Notes: generated from the letters alone by a model not told the origin. A stretch of 64,000 nucleotides of DNA from Eledone cirrhosa (GCA_964016885.1 OZ024745.1:43462001-43526000), one strand, 5' to 3'. Positions 1 through 14,552 are shown, numbered from the stretch's first letter. Numbers and translations are program-made.

Positions 1-1690
1 GTAAATAGGGAACATAGCCCAAGGAACATTGTTATACTGTCCTTCTGAACAATGTTAATAGGGAACATAGCCCAAGGAACATTGCTATACAGTCCTTCTG
101 AACAATGTAAATAGGGAACATAGCCCAAGGAACATTGTTATACAGTCCTTCTGAACAATGTTAATAGGGAACATAGCCCAAGGAACATTGCTATACTGTC
201 CTTCTGAACAATGTAAATAGGGAACATAGCCCAAGGAACATTGTTATACAGTTCTTCTGAACAATGTTAATAGGGAACATAGCCCAAGGAACATTGTTAT
301 ACAGTCCTTCTGAACAATGTTAATAGGGAACATAGCCCAAGGAACATTGTTATACAGTCCTTCTGAACAATGTTAATAGGGAACATAGCCCAAGGAACAT
401 TGTTATACTGTCCTTCTGAACAATGTTAATAGGGAACATAGCCCAAGGAACATTGTTATACTGTCCTTCTGAACAATGTTAATAGGGAACATAGCCCAAG
501 GAACATTGCTATACAGTCCTTCTGAACAATGTTAATAGGGAACATAGCCCAAGGAACATTGTTACAGTCCTTCTGAACAATGTTAATAGGGAACATAGCC
601 CAAGGAACATTGTTATACAGTCCTTCTGAACAATGTAAATAGGGAACATAGCCCAAGGAACATTGCTATACAGTCCTTCTGAACAATGTTAATAGGGAAC
701 ATAGCCCAAGGAACATTGTTACAGTCCTTCTGAACAATGTTAATAGGGAACATAGCCCAAGGAACATTGTTATACTGTCCTTCTGAACAATGTTAATAGG
801 GAACATAGCCCAAGGAACATTGCTATACAGTCCTTCTGAACAATGTAAATAGGGAACATAGCCCAAGGAACATTGTTATACAGTCCTTCTGAACAATGTT
901 AATAGGGAACATAGCCCAAGGAACATTGTTATACAGTCCTTCTGAACAATGTTAATAGGGAACATAGCCCAAGGAACATTGTTATACTGTCCTTCTGAAC
1001 AATGTTAATAGGGAACATAGCCCAAGGAACATTGCTATACTGTCCTTCTGAACAATGTTAATAGGGAACATAGCCCAAGGAACATTGTTATACAGTCCTT
1101 CTGAACAATGTAAATAGGGAACATAGCCCAAGGAACATTGTTATACAGTCCTTCTGAACAATATAAATAGGGAACATAGCCCAAGGAACATTGCTATACA
1201 GTCCTTCTGAACAATGTTAATAAATAGGTAACATAGCCCAAGGAACATTGCTATACTGTCCTTCTGAACAATGTAAATATCGAACATAGCCCGAGGAACA
1301 TTGTTATACTGTCCTTCTGAACAATATAAATAGGGAACATAGCCCAAGGAACATTGTTATACAGTCCTTCTGAACAATATAAATAGGGTACATAGCCCAA
1401 GGAACATTGCTATACTGTCCTTCTGAACAATGTAAATAGGGTACATATCCCAAGGAACATTGTTATACTGTCCTTCTGAACAATGTAAATAGGGAACATA
1501 GCCCAAGGAACATTGTTATACTGTCCTTCTGAACAATGTAAATAGGGTACATAGCCCAAGGAACATTGTTATACAGTCCTTCTGAACAATATAAATAGGG
1601 AACATAGCCCAAGGAACATTGTTATACTGTCCTTCTGAACAATGTAAATAGGGAACATAGCGCAAGGAACATTGTTCTACTGTCCTTTCA
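1..1690. repeat. 53-bp tandem satellite (about 32 copies, truncated at window start)
   Basis: Unit GT(A/T)AATAGGGAACATAGCCCAAGGAACATTG(T/C)TATAC(A/T)GTCCTTCTGAACAAT recurs at 1, 54, 107 and onward. It degenerates toward about 1690. Confidence 0.97.
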
Positions 1691-2435
1691 AAACAACACA
1701 GTAGTGCAACAAATTGTCTGTAAGTCTGTAAGTACATGAGCATATATTCATAAAAAACTAAGTAGAAAAAGAAACTAATGCCACTTAACCCATTACTTTG
1801 TTTACTATTGTATTTTTTTCAGAATAGCCTTTATCTCATATAATATTGAATCTATGAGATTTTAATGTTTATATTGAGAAGGCATTGGACAACATGCTTA
1901 GCAGCATAGTTATGGTCCTTTACATTCAGAGTTCAAATCCTGCTGAGGTTAGCTTTGCCTTTCATCCTTACCGGGTCGATATAATAAAGTATCAGTTATG
2001 CACTGGCGTCGATTTAATCAACTTTCCCATCCCTCAAAATTGTTGGCCTTGTGCCTAAATCAGAAAGTATTATTTATTTTGAGGACAATACCTTAACATC
2101 AGTATGAGTGGCCAGTTACAACCTATTCGAGAGAGGGGAGAAATTTCTTTGCCAGACTTAGCCGATTTCAGTACTAAAGGGATAAGGAATTAAATATAGT
2201 TGCTTATTTTTTTTTTTTTTATATATAATAGTGATGTTAGTAGTAAGAAAGGTAAAAGTGCTACTGTTTTTATTGATTCTTCCCATAAAAATTGTTTAAT
2301 TGTTTAAATGTTCAGTCATATTTAATTCCTCTCTATGCACATCTTGAATGAACAGTTTTATTATCATCATTTAATGTCTGTTTTCCCTGCTAGCTACATT
2401 AGATGTCAGTGATAGCAATAATCATTTGGTTAGAG

Positions 2436-2779
2436 CAGAGGTTCTCAAAATGGGTGCTACCATCCCCCGAGGGGAGTTGAGAAGGTGCAGGGTGGGGGGG
2501 GGGGCTAAGGGAGTGGTGGGGGATAGAGATGATTATAATAGTATATTAAATATCAAATGATACATATTATATATATAAATATAGTAAAATAAAAAATATA
2601 TAATATTTATTTATACATAGTATATATTATAATATTTATCTATATATAAATTAACGATTTTATTTATCATATATTATTTACAATTTGCATGTAGGCAGGT
2701 CTCTCTGGAAATAGGGTTGGCAGTGCTGAGGGTATTACTTGTCTGTGAGGTGGAGGTGCAAAAAGTTTGAGAACCTCTG
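2436..2779. mobile_element. hAT-like MITE
   Basis: Termini CAGAGGTTCTCAAA...TTTGAGAACCTCTG, with GTTAGAG duplicated on both flanks (7-8 bp TSD). Confidence 0.8.
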
Positions 2780-4139
2780 GTTAGAGTAATATATTAAGTA
2801 CAGTTCACCATTTAGCAACTGTTCAAACATTACTGAAGACATTGTTCTCTAAAGAAGGGTCTTGTCTGAAGCATATTTTTTCCAAATGACAAAGAAACTT
2901 TACACATTGAGTTCAGAGAAAAGCACATTTTTCTTCATTCAGTATGCCTGATTGACAACATATTAAACTTCTATTCCACAGTTGGATGTTAAGTTGTATG
3001 AAAGGTTTCTAACTGTATCAAACAATGGCTCCCTCAATATGCAAATATACAAATTACTAAAAATCAACCTATCTGTGCTGAGACAAAGAATTAGATCTAA
3101 AATTATATGTATTTCTATATTTTAGGAGGGTCATGTTGTTAATAAAAACACATGTACCTGTTGAGTTTCACTTTTGTTTTATTATTAGTCAGGTAAAGGT
3201 AGTTGATTGGCAAAGTTGTTAGAGTGTCAGACAGAATGCTTTGCAGTATTTAGTTATAACTTTTTATGTTCCGAGTTCAAATACTGCTGAGGTCAACTTT
3301 GCTTTTCATCCTTCTGGGTTCAATAAAAAAAGTACCAGTCAAATAATGGGGGTCGATATAATCAATTGTTCCTTTCCCTAAATTGCTGGCTTTGTACCAA
3401 TGTTCAAAAGAATTATTAGTCAGATAAGTAATCCATTCGTCTGTAAGTTTAGTAACTGGATGGTTATTTATTTGTTAAAGCTCTTTCCTCCTACATTCTT
3501 TGACCTTCCCAATTACTATTTTGGCCTTCTCTGTTTCATCTTTATTTTGATTTGGTTCTACTTCCTCCATTTTGTTTTTCTTTGATGTATTTCATTATTT
3601 GTTAACATGGAAGAGATTTTTGAGGCAGTAGAATACTGAATAGTTTTTTATTTGTTAATTTTTGTTTTACTGCATCTAAATTCAGTTACTATATGTTATG
3701 AGATGAAATTTTGTTGAGTTTTACTTATTCCTTAATCTTACCAGAAATGGATAAAACCTGATAAGATAGTGTTGCTTATTTTACCCCAGCAGATGTACAA
3801 GTAAAGTTCTGATACACCGTCCAACCTTTGCTATCTTCGGTGGGGGATGGGGAGGGGGGGGGCTAAGAGGATGATATATCAATACTGATGCAGTTGCTTA
3901 TATACATATCACTACAAAAAATATAAATAAATAAAAAATAAAAGAGGGGTGGGAAAAAAGAAAACGGAATAGATATAAAATTGATTGTGCGTTCAGTAAA
4001 AAAGAATTACAATATTTCATTATTTTGTAAAATATTTTGTTCACCTTTGAAGCAAGAAAAATTAAGTTAGAGGTCAGATTTCAAATGCTGTGTAAATCCT
4101 GGCATTCTTTTTTACATATATTTTTTATATTGTAATGTT

Positions 4140-4370
4140 TTTGCTACTGTAGTAACAGTAGCAGCGGCAGTAGTAGTAATAATAACAGCAGCAGTATTAG
4201 TGGTAGTGGTGGTGGTGGTAGTGGTAGTAGTGATAGTAATAGTAGCAGTAATGATGTTGGTATTACATGCTTTTTTCAGCATTGCTAATTTAATGCTGAT
4301 ATGCATTTTATCATTGCTGCTGTTGTTGATGCTGCTGCTGCTGTTGATGCTGCTGTTGATGTGTTTATTA
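4140..4370. repeat. Mixed trinucleotide low-complexity tract (GTA/GTG/GCT)
   Basis: Runs of gta/gtg/gca/gct are visible directly and give rise to spurious poly-V/L ORFs. Confidence 0.85.
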
Positions 4371-6012
4371 TTAATACCATATGTTAAGTCCAACAAGGAA
4401 CAAAATAACTATAATATTTTTTCTTATCGTTTGGAAATAATATTGAATTACTTTGTATTCCTTTCCCTTCTTCTATACTTTATTACTCTCATTTATTCTT
4501 TGTTTCTTTCTTTTATTTTTGTATTTACTTTAATGCATATCATGATCATTTAACTTCTGTTTCACATACTAGCAAGAGTTGGATGGGTTATCAAAGACCA
4601 AGTCAGTTCTTAATGAGAGCCACTAATCTCTCAGATAGGCTGAGGCATAGTAGGCATGACTTTGTAACATATTTTAGTGTAATTTTATCTGTCTCTAAAA
4701 TGTCTTTAATGCAAATGGCAGGACATTGAAAAGCTTATTCCAGCTTTCACAATGTTCTTTTGAATTCATATTTCTAATTAAATACACTGCCATCATCATT
4801 ATCATTTAACGTCCATCTTCCTTGCTAGCAAGGATTGGATTGGTCTTCACAGACTGAGTCAGTAAGCAAGCAAAGCTACTGACCATTCAGATGGGCCAGG
4901 AGTCTGTATCTAGCTTACATATATTTCTGCACCTTACTGAGTACTCAGACATACAGGCTTGGGATCCACATCTTGCTTACATACATATGTTCCCAAGCTC
5001 TACTTGTATCTGAATTAACAAAGAATTTGGAAAGATTTATTAAAATTAAATATTTTATTATCAAGATTTATAACAAAAAAAAAAGGTTTATGTCGAAGTA
5101 TTTTGGAAGATTTTGATTCAAATAAGAACCCTTATAAATGGGAGGTTTTATTTTATAGAACCAGAGGCAGATCTGGGAAGTTTGGTATCTAAAGTGTTAA
5201 ACAGTTCATATACAACTTCCTATCTAGATAGTAATGCTAGGATATTGTTGTTGTTTTTTTCTTTCTGCAGATATTTGAACACAACACTGCAAATTAAAGA
5301 AACAGTCATCTGTTATGCAGCAGTTTTCTTGCCAATATGAATTATCTGAGACATTCATCATCATCATTTTCATTTTACATTCATTTTTTCCATACTTGCA
5401 TAAGTTGGACACTCTGGTATCTATATATCAGTAGGTGGATTGAATTAGAGAAAACTGTTCTTCACTTGAAATGCAATGCAGTTGAGGAAATATAAATTAC
5501 TTTCTGATAACCTGGATAGATGTAATTCACAAAACAGTAATTGACTGAAATCTCATAAACATCAAGATTTACCATCAGTTCAAATGACACAGTATCATTT
5601 GTATAAAGACATGTAACCCAGTATTAGCAACATCCTTGGTAGTTTATTTAATAGATCTTCATCACTTAACAGAAACATCTGCAATACAAATTATTAACTT
5701 CATGAACAATCAGGGTGTTTTGGCTAAATTATTAGAAATTAACATTTCTATTATGAAATAAACAGTCTGTTTCAATTTCTGGGGGGAATTTTAGCTTAGC
5801 ATTTTCATTATTAAGCTGGTGCATAGAACATTATTTAAGAAAAGGTTCTTACAGAAATTTGTGGTAGGTTTTTAATTTAGATACAACCCCTTTAAACCAA
5901 AGATGGTTTCAGGTGGGTTGCTATCAAAAGGGTTAATGAATATCTTTGTGTGTTTATTTACTGAATGAGATGTATATATTTCCTAATGACAGTTTGTGTT
6001 TATTTGTTGCAG

Positions 6013-6099
6013 CATGCTGCTGAGTTTGAGAAGAAACAGAATGAGGCAGAAAACAAAAAATTATGGGGTGAAGTGATACAGTATGGTAATGTGATTCAG
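6013..6099 (+). CDS. ITPR: IP3 receptor coding exon A (suppressor domain)
   Basis: ttgcAG|...CAG|GTagga, 87 nt. Translates [29 protein letters not shown], matching ITPR1 [29 protein letters not shown]. Confidence 0.96.
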
Positions 6100-6599
6100 G
6101 TAGGAGTCATCTAACTTATTTTATTTTGTTTATTCTGTTATTCCTTTTTTTCCAATTATGTTTCTTTTGAGAACTGACAACATTAAAATGACATGAGTAA
6201 TTGCTTCATAGGGTCAAAATGCATTAAAATTATTTCAGGTCTAGATCACCTTTTCTGGACTTTCCGGGGATTTCTCTTGACTTTCAGGGGACTTCTCTCA
6301 ACCTTTAGCCGACATCTCTCGACCTTCATGTGACATGTATCAACCTTCTTGACTGTCTAATGCAAGCAATAACTGCATTGACCTCACCAGTTTTCAAGTG
6401 TCTGCAGAGGTCATACATTTTAGGAGAGTGACCTGACAATTTAATAGATTTCTTTCTGTACTTAATTCATATATATTTTATCAATCCTGATAGGATGCAA
6501 TGCAAAATCAATTTTATCTGAACTCGAACTGTGAACACTAAGGGACTCAACTAAATACTACAGTTTCTCTCTATGAATGAAAGGCCAGCTGTATGATAC

Positions 6600-7015
6600 C
6601 TGCTTGTAAAGTATGATGTTGCATGGCAGTGAAACAGGGGCAATAAATGCAGATAATATGTGAAGGCTGAAAAGAAATGAAGCAAGCATGCTACAATGGA
6701 TGTATGATGTTAATATGCATGAGTGGCAAAGCATGGTGGGACTGAGAGAAAAACTGAGGAATCAGATGTAGTATGCAAGAGAAAATACTATGCTGGTATG
6801 GACATGTGAGGTATATGAATGATGATTGTTGGGTGAAGAAGTGCCAGGAGTTCCCAGTAGAGAAAGACCAAGCATGATCTGGGCAGAAGTGGTAAAAAAA
6901 TATCTCAAAGCTCTGAATCTGACAGAAAAGATGACAAATAAATGCAATAGGTAGAGGAAGCTGTGCTGGAAAAGATCCATTCAAGCATGGAAAAGTGGAT
7001 GCAAATGGATGATGA
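6600..7015 (+). mobile_element. Decayed 3' fragment of RTE LINE
   Basis: Degenerate match to the C-terminus of ORF 56243-59362 (MLHGSET, WYGHV, DDCWVKKC), ending in a gatgatga tail. Confidence 0.75.
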
Positions 7016-7019
7016 GCCT

Positions 7020-7275
7020 AAATGCTCATCAAACTGAAGTTTAACCTAGTTTTATGCGTTGTTAACTGAGAGTATGTGACATCCCTTTGGGCAGGACACC
7101 AATCTGTTGCAAGGTTAACCCCTAGCTGTTGATGGCACTTATTTTTCAGCTTAATGGACTGGAGTAATGTGAAATGAAGTGCCTTGCTCAAAGACACAAT
7201 GTGCCATTTGGCCTGGGAATCAAACCCCAAACCTTAAGATTGTGAATCCAACACTTTAAACACTATGCCACACAG
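7020..7275 (-). mobile_element. tRNA-derived SINE, family 2 (decayed)
   Basis: Reverse complement of the head/core seen at 54909 (actggagtaatgtgaaatgaagtgccttgctcaa). Similar copies at about 14905-15080(-), 16817-17050(+), 19957-20190(+) and 21480-21665(-). Confidence 0.7.
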
Positions 7276-8999
7276 CATAATATTAATTTTTATGCTATCA
7301 TGAGTTGGGTGGTTATACAGTACAGCATATTGTTAGTATTGTTAGTATTTATTTTACTACACCATCTTGTGTAAGAAGCCTGGCATTTTTAAAAGCTGAT
7401 CTTCCCACCTTTTGTCATGTTTTTCCGAGTCTTCCTCTGCCACTGATATTACCTAATATCACCACACAACACTTTATTACTCAGCAGATATGATTTTATG
7501 CAAGAAGCTTTATTAAATTATATTCCAAATACTGGTATAATAATGAAAAAGTTAATTATATAGCTAAATCCTTCCAAACTCTTCATATTTTTCAAAATTA
7601 TTTGAAAATCCCATGCAGTGTCTTTTATAAGAAATATAGCAATGAAATGGTTAAGAAAAGGTCTAAGGAAGTCACCTTTTACTCGGTGCCATTATTGTAA
7701 CAATATCTACATGAAATGAGGATTTCTTTGAGAAGAAAAAAAGTTGATTCAGGCTGGTGTTTTCAAACAAATTAACTTTGACCAGTGCAATTTCCTTTAG
7801 AGAATTATCAATTGAAACTTGGAAGAAACTTTCAATGAACTTGTAATTTAACTGGATAAATCCCAATTCTACTACATTAGCTGTTGGGTGTTTGGTACAG
7901 TAGTATAAAAGACAAGTAAATATGAGCATGTGGGAAGTACAGATATTGGAATCCACCAGCCATAGTTGGTTTCTTCTAAACAGCCAAGTATTTGGAAAGT
8001 CTATAATCAAATAAATGATATTGATTTTCGTTTATATAACAATGGGAGTGTACATACAATTGATAGAATTTTGGTCTATGTATGGATAAACAAATCAGAA
8101 AAACAACATTAGACCATCGAATTTTTGTTCACATTTTATATTCATAAGTTCTTCTTACCGAATTGATGTAGATATTTGGAAAGTTTATGATGGTATAGAT
8201 TTTGGTGTATATTGTTGTATATGTGGGTGTATATGATTAGAAGGGTTTACGCATAAACAACTATTCAACATTTTCTGATGACTACCAAAATTAACAGACT
8301 ATAAATTTACTTTAATTTAATTATTCATTCATTAAATTGTTTAACATTCAGTTCCCTATTCTAATAAATTGTAAACAGTGATTATAAGGAAATGTAGTCA
8401 AAATAAAATACTTTATTTAATTCAAATACTTATTGAATTATTATATATCATCATCATCATCAGCAGCAGCACTTTTACATCCACTTTCCACACTGGTATG
8501 GATTGAATGGGTCGTCACATTCCATATATGGTGTGGTTTCTATGGCTGAATGCTTTTCCTAACACCAACAAACATACAGGGTGTATTGGGTGCATTTTTT
8601 TCATGGCACAAGTAATATCAATTTACAGAGTGGACTGCGTGTGTTTTATTGTTGCACTATCACATTACATGGAGGAATAGGTATGTTTTATTGTGGTACC
8701 TGCAATAGAGAGGTTGTCAGATGATAGTCCAGCCTGAAGAGTCATCTTAGACCTTGTATTGTCTCTATTCTGGTGGACAGGTCTTTTGGCATGTCACCAG
8801 TCCACGTCACCAGTCCACTTGGTTCTATGCCTTGTGTAACTGTTCCATAGTACATGTTTGCACATAAATAACAAACTTAAAAATCTGTTATTAAAATAAA
8901 CCTAGTTAAATGATAAATGAATAAATGCATCATAATCATCATTTAATCAAGCAGAGCTAATGACCTCTTGAGTTGACCAGGGGTGTGTCATACAATTTA

Positions 9000-9860
9000 A
9001 AAGTTTACTCCCCAGAAATTTATATTCTCCACTTCAGATATGTAAAATATTTCAGGATGTACAACAGGTACAGTCCATTCAAAGAACTTCTGGATGCCAT
9101 GCAGTGAGATTTAATCCAAAACTTTATGACTGTGAAGTGAATTTTTTTTTTAATATTGACTTTTAGTTGTATTAATTCAACATTGATGTAAAGGAGCACA
9201 TCTCTCATAGATGAGGCTATACAGAAACTGAACTTAAGGTCTATGAGGAGGAAAACAGACACAAGGATACATAAGATGTGTTTGTCTCTTTAACCTCTGA
9301 GATGTGGGAGCTGATAGTTTTATCAATAGGAAAAATATGTTAGAAGTGTTAGAAATCAGATAGTGTTAGAAATGTTAAGGTTCCATCTGTATGTTGTTTA
9401 TGAGTTGTAAGAGGATGTAGTATTGTTAATAAGTTATACACACTCACACACATGCATGCAGGCACACATATGGTGTCTGTATTTTGGTGTTGATTAAAAT
9501 TGGTTTGTCATGTCTCTATTACAGGATGTTTTTGAGAAGTCTGTTTATAGATGAACTGCATATCTGGTTAGATGTGTTTTAGGTTACAGTGGGTGATACT
9601 GGTGTGTAAATTGTTAGAGAGAGAGAGTGAAGTGTAGTAGTATCGCTATGAAAGTGCTATGTTGTTTGAAGTAAGAGTGAAGTTGTTTATGTATAAAAGG
9701 AAGAGTAGGGAAGCTTGACTGAAATCTGAAACACAAATGGAACTTGATAGAATGAAGGTCAGAGAAAATCTATCACCACATACTGTGATGATCTGATCTG
9801 ACAGGAAACTTTTTAAAAACCCTAATGTCTTAGTATAACTGCATAAGCAAGCATACAAAG
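9000..9860 (-). mobile_element. Highly decayed CR1/L2/Jockey-type LINE RT fragment
   Basis: Minus-strand translation shows FLKSFLSDQIITV and LLFLLYINN, typical of the LINE RT motif 3-4 region, with many stops. Confidence 0.55.
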
Positions 9861-10834
9861 GATTCTGTATCAGTTATCAATTACAATGTTCCATCTCATT
9901 GACTTTTTTTTTCTTTGATTTAATATGACCTTCAGATGAACTGGACAACACAGACATTCCTGTTTTATACTCTGTATCTGGCATATTATAACTATTCTCA
10001 CCACCCCACCACAGCAATATCACCACCACTACCCCCAATACCAACAAGACCATCACTACTACCATCCTCACTACCACTATCATGACCATCACTGTGATCA
10101 ACAACAATGCCATCAACACCATTATCACCACCACCAACAACATTTCACTCATTCACCAAGCACTCTGCTCTCCAGATGGCTTCTTTTGACTTCTGGTTGT
10201 TTCCAAAAATGAAGATGCCATGGAAAGGTTCCCGCTTTGAGAGCTGAAAGAACATTATGCAGACTGTGATGAGCCATTCTAGAAGAATAATTCTAGATGT
10301 GCTTCAGAGTGGAAAGATTGTTGAGCTATGAATGTGGTGACACAAGGGCCCTATTTCAAAGTGGCATTACAATTGACTCCCCACACCAAATTCTAAATTT
10401 TTATTCTCAGTTTAAATTCAGTTACCTTTTTGACAGACATCATAAATTATTATCCAATAGTTAGTAATTTCCTATATTTCAAGTAAGAAATTAATTATGT
10501 ATAATTGTTTCATTTTCTCATGCTGACATATTTCTAATGAAAGACACTATTTATGTGTTTGAGTTAATATTGAAAATAACCCAAAATTTGGAGGAATTTC
10601 ATAAAATTATGATGGAAGGTTTTAATATAAGGATATTATTCACTTTGTCATTCAATTATTAAGATAAAAAAATGTCTGTCTCAACATTGATTCCTGCTTA
10701 TTATTAAAAATGTTGTGTCATTTCTCCAATATTGTGAAGAAGTTGATTTTCATTTTAGCTTATATTTGAAACTGTTTTTTTAGATTTGTATCTATCTTTT
10801 AAAATATTGAAATTTTAATTGTTTACACTTTTAG

Positions 10835-10993
10835 CTTCTTCACCTGAAGAGCAATAAATATCTAACTGTGAATAAACGGTTACCTGCTCTACTGGAAAAA
10901 AATGCCATGCGTGTGACTTTAGACAGTTCTGGGAATGAAGGATCTTGGTTCTACATTGTTGCTTACTATAAACTACGAACACCTGGTGACAGC
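10835..10993 (+). CDS. ITPR: IP3 receptor coding exon B
   Basis: ttttAG|...AGC|GTaagt, 159 nt. [53 protein letters not shown] is near-identical to ITPR1. Confidence 0.97.
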
Positions 10994-11994
10994 GTAAGTA
11001 AAAACAGAATATAAAATTTAGAATATACATAAGAATTTTTTTTTTCTTTTTATTGACAATTGCAAATGACATAGTAAAATACTTTGTAAGTCATAATATA
11101 TTCTTATTTTAAAAACCTTTCCTTTCATTTTCTCATGCTGGTTTTGATTAACATTGCTATAGTTCTAATGAAAGACACTGTCTATGTGTTTCAGTTAATT
11201 TTGAAAATAATCCAAAGTTTGGAGGAATTTCATAAAATTATGATGGAAGGTTTTAATATAAGGATAAATATTTTAAAGATGAGTATCTTTTAAAAATCTT
11301 AAATCCAGAATGGTTTTAGGCAGTTTGTTGTCAAAAGTGATTAATCAAATCTAAAAATGTATACATCTACAAGACTTAGAACAAGTGGTTCATAGCTTAA
11401 CACTACTAAACCCATGAAACTGCACTTGGTTTTATGATAGAACACTGCCCATTTTTAAGAGTTCATACATATATAAAAACCTATCAATATAATTTTATGT
11501 AAAACTTTTTTATATTAAGTAATGTTCCAAACACCAATTTATTAATGAAAATATTTTTTGATTTTCAAAAGGAATTGTAACACATGTCATAAGAAATTGT
11601 GTAAACAACAGGACTAGTTCTCTGCATGTTATCAACAAAGTATTTTTACTATGAACTTATTTATATTTCTATGACTTATTTATATTTCTACTATGTTGAC
11701 ACAAGGTTGTTGATTCAGCAGAGTTGTTAGAACATTGAATAGTTGTTCTACATCTAAATGTTCTGAGTTGAAATCTCTCCAAGATCCACTTTGCCTTTCA
11801 TCCTTTCAGTGTTAAGTACCAGCCCAGTGCTGGTGCAGTCCTTTTCCCTTCCAGCTGTCACATTCTGGATGTTCTGCTGGATCAAAGGAGGGAAGGTATC
11901 TATGGCTGTTTGCTCCTAAAAATCTTTAGTAAAAGCACAGTTCATACTACCAAGTCATTCTTAATTGTGAGGGCTGTAGTTTTTTTGTATTGAC

Positions 11995-12218
11995 TTAACC
12001 TTTTAGCATTTACATTACTCTATATATACTATTGTAATTTTGTGGTAAAGGCTTTACCTCACATAATCTCATAATATCGAGTCTATGAAATTTTGATTTT
12101 ATTTATATTGAGAACAATACCTTAACATCAGTATGAGCACCCGGTTACAACTAGTTTGAACAGAAAGAGGTGAGAGAATTCTGGCTGGGTATGTCCGGTT
12201 TAAACGCTAAAGGGTTAA
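11995..12218 (-). mobile_element. TTAA-flanked (piggyBac-like) MITE, family A
   Basis: TTAA-CC(C/T)TTTAGCATTTA ... TAAACGCTAAAGGG-TTAA, about 220 bp. Same family as 14280-14508 in the opposite orientation. Confidence 0.85.
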
Positions 12219-14279
12219 AATAGCAGTGGTTTTATTTACAAAAGTCCCCCCCCCCCCCCCCCCCATCTATCATTGTATCCAATGCATATGCAAGTTGTAT
12301 TTGATGTAGATAATGAGGATAATGACCACATTAAAAAAATTCTTTAAATATAGTAGAAATTTGCATTCAGTAAAAATCACTAATAAAGATTCTTGACTTC
12401 TTGTTACTATGAACCTGTGTCATTGAGTCATTTTTCAGTGATTCTTAAAATTCAGCATATTCCTTGAGACAGTTTAGTCAGGAAACTTAAAATTTGATGG
12501 TGAAAGATTTTTTTTAGTAATTTTGACAAACTTAGCAATTATTTTCTAAGAATAAAATGCTACCAACAAGAATAATTTGAAACATCTAGCTCTCCACAAA
12601 TAAATCTGCCAATTATTGGTAGATTTTATTGGAAAATGTTATCTTGTTAACAGTTACCAAATTTTTTATGTTTATTATCATATTTTCTTCATAAAGTTCT
12701 AAAATATCATGAATTATGAGCAAAAATTGTGGCATTCAAGATGTTTGAGGGAGTTAGGCCACTGACAAGGTCTTTATCATTGTTGTTAGTGCACCTTACC
12801 AATGTATCAGGTGATGCCTTTGAGGGTGCTTAGTTATTCCAGCACTTTAGTCATGCTATCACACACGGAAATGTTACAATTGTATTGGCTTGCCTCTAAC
12901 GTTTTTTGAGGCAAACTACCTGTATCCCTGATTGTCAAGAGATATATATTTCCTTGGTGTATCTTAAGCAGGTGTTGTTGTAGCAGTTATGTTTGCAAAA
13001 AAAAAAAAAAATTCTAAAATTTATTTGTAAAAATATTCTAAAATTTAAGTTATAAAGCATAAGAGAAAATGTTGATGTCTGACTACCATTAATTATGTAA
13101 AACTCTTAATATGTCTGGTTATTCTTCATCCTTTGAATATTAATGATCAGCTGCATCCTGAATAAACTAACATAATTCCTTAGATGTTCAGTATACGTTT
13201 GAAAGATAAAATGATTCATAAATAAGCTTAGAAATATTTTAATATTTTAATGTGATATTAGTACAAAAAAAAAGAAAAGAAAAGAAAGAAAATTGTAACA
13301 CATGTGAATAAAAAAAATGGCTGACAATGATCAGCTGTGAAAGTAAGTTTGTAATTGTTGTTAGCTTAGGCCAAAAGTCACAGAAATGTATTTTGACATA
13401 GAAACTACCTGGTTTTTCTAGAGAAATTAATACATATTATCATACTCCCTTGCCATGATCAAATGAGCCATAATTGAATAAATAGTGGAATAATCACATC
13501 ATAATTGCAAATAGTTTCAGTATTATATCAGTAAATAGCTTTAGTATGACTATATTTAGTTGTTGTAACACTCAAGATAGAAAACAGAAACTTCATCCTC
13601 ATCATTACTATTTTACATCTATTTTCCATGCTTACACAGATTGTTAATGGGTTGTCTTGCAGAGGTTTGACAGGAAGATCAAACGACTGTCTTACTCATA
13701 CTTTCTATTTTGGCATGGTTTCTATGGCCAGATGCCTTACCTAATGCCAAACAATTCATGACATGTACTGGATTTTTTTTCTTGGGGTACTACTACCACC
13801 ACTTTACAGTGGGTACATTTTACCTTGGTATCAACACTATCACTTTACAGATTGGGCTGGATGCATTTTATTGTGACACCAGCAATACCACCTTTCAGTG
13901 TGGGCCAAGTGCTGACCACATTCTCTATTGTAGCTCCAGTACTACCACATTTCAACATTAGCACTCTTGTATCCTTGTCAGCCTGTAGAACAAACAAAAA
14001 AAAGACAGAAAGGAAAAGAAAACATCTAAGAAACTAAAAACTAAGCTTTTGCTACCAATCTCTCAAATAGGTATGGAACCTACCATAGATTTTACTTCCA
14101 TTTTAAGAAAGTATCTTTTTCTTAAGAAATTGCAGCTTCTTAGGCCTGAAGCTATAATGTTGTATTGAAAGAAAATTGATTATTTTTGTTGTTGGTAAAG
14201 ATCTAAAGTTTAGTTTTTTAGGAAAATCATCCTGCCAGTTTCAGACAAAACTGATTACTTTCAGCTGGTTTACCACAAC

Positions 14280-14508
14280 TTAACCCTTTAGCATTTAAAC
14301 TGGCCATATCCGACCAGAATTCTCTCACCTCTTTCTGTTCAAATTAGCTGTAACTGGTGACTCATACTGATGTTGAAGTATTGTTCTAAAAATATATAAC
14401 ATCAAAATCTCATAGATTTGATATTATGTGAGATAATTATGTGAGTTAAAGCCTTTTCCATAAAAATACAATTGTAATTATAAAGTAATGTAAATGCTAA
14501 AGGGTTAA
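14280..14508 (+). mobile_element. TTAA-flanked (piggyBac-like) MITE, family A
   Basis: TTAA-CCCTTTAGCATTTA...TAAATGCTAAAGGG-TTAA perfect TIRs. Further copies at 40181-40640 (cluster), 49476-49686 and, decayed, about 1785-2190. Confidence 0.88.
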
Positions 14509-14552
14509 GGTGACTATCAGCATTGCAATATAGACTAAATTTAAAAACCATC

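Noticed and set aside
1-1690. Regular repeat array resembling CRISPR, with several 66-75 aa ORFs
   Set aside because: The units are contiguous with no unique spacers, there are no cas genes and the context is eukaryotic. The ORFs are just translations of the repeat.
4112-4553. Poly-V/L/T ORFs (also 9877-10152, 18143-18466, 29978-30332)
   Set aside because: These are translations of trinucleotide low-complexity tracts with no recognisable domain.
6240-6350. Degenerate about 21-bp tandem repeat after exon A
   Set aside because: Only about five highly diverged units, with no evidence of function.
12245-12264. Long poly-C/poly-G runs (also about 2490, 3840, 50872, 59379)
   Set aside because: Simple homopolymers with G-quadruplex potential, but common and of uncertain length in assemblies.
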